A stretch of 64,000 nt of DNA from Mobula hypostoma (Eukaryota): positions 2,728,001-2,792,000 of the forward strand of contig NC_086108.1 of assembly GCF_963921235.1 (NCBI RefSeq). The letters run 5' to 3'. Both the position numbers and the translations under genes were made by a program. The notes below the pieces were generated by a model. The model was given only the letters and a program-made list of their open reading frames with translations, ran no database searches and was not told the DNA's origin. This document shows, in pieces, positions 63,940-64,000 of the stretch; position 1 is the first letter of the stretch; each line of letters opens with the position of its first letter.

Positions 63940-64000
63940 CTGTGGACAAGAAACACAAGGGTTAAAACATTCGAGGATGTTGCCATGAGGAAAGATGGGA

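Noticed and set aside
62876..63958. The 360-aa ORF as a complete single-exon gene
   Set aside because: It starts at a TTG inside the acceptor pyrimidine tract, and its last ~55 aa are antisense CR1 3' UTR. Only 63939-63092 is exon.

Overview
Eukaryotic, vertebrate genomic DNA. The CR1/Rex-type repeat content suggests a cartilaginous fish such as a ray (inference). Positions 1-~49071 are one strongly strand-asymmetric CT-rich satellite array with a ~20-27 bp monomer (consensus CACTCTCTCAATCTCTCCCTCCCCC). It is organised into successive kilobase-scale higher-order duplications, and the long Pro/Ser/Leu ORFs within it are artefacts. Positions ~49.1-64 kb hold the 3' part of a minus-strand granin-family gene, best recalled match CCER2. 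It has a large acidic exon rich in dibasic sites (63939-63092) and an 84-nt terminal exon (49996-49913) that the ORF track misses. That exon encodes VGKLRNLAEIEKELKEVAEKLREIRRG*, a chromogranin-A/serpinin-like C-terminus. The 13-kb intron between them is mostly CR1 LINE fragments, five of which are nested inside 3' remnants of a Rex1/Babar-like LINE. The intron also holds a perfect 113-bp inverted repeat, a decayed Penelope-type hammerhead ribozyme motif, a tiny MITE, SINE remnants and a CA microsatellite. All homology calls come from recalled motifs; no searches were run.
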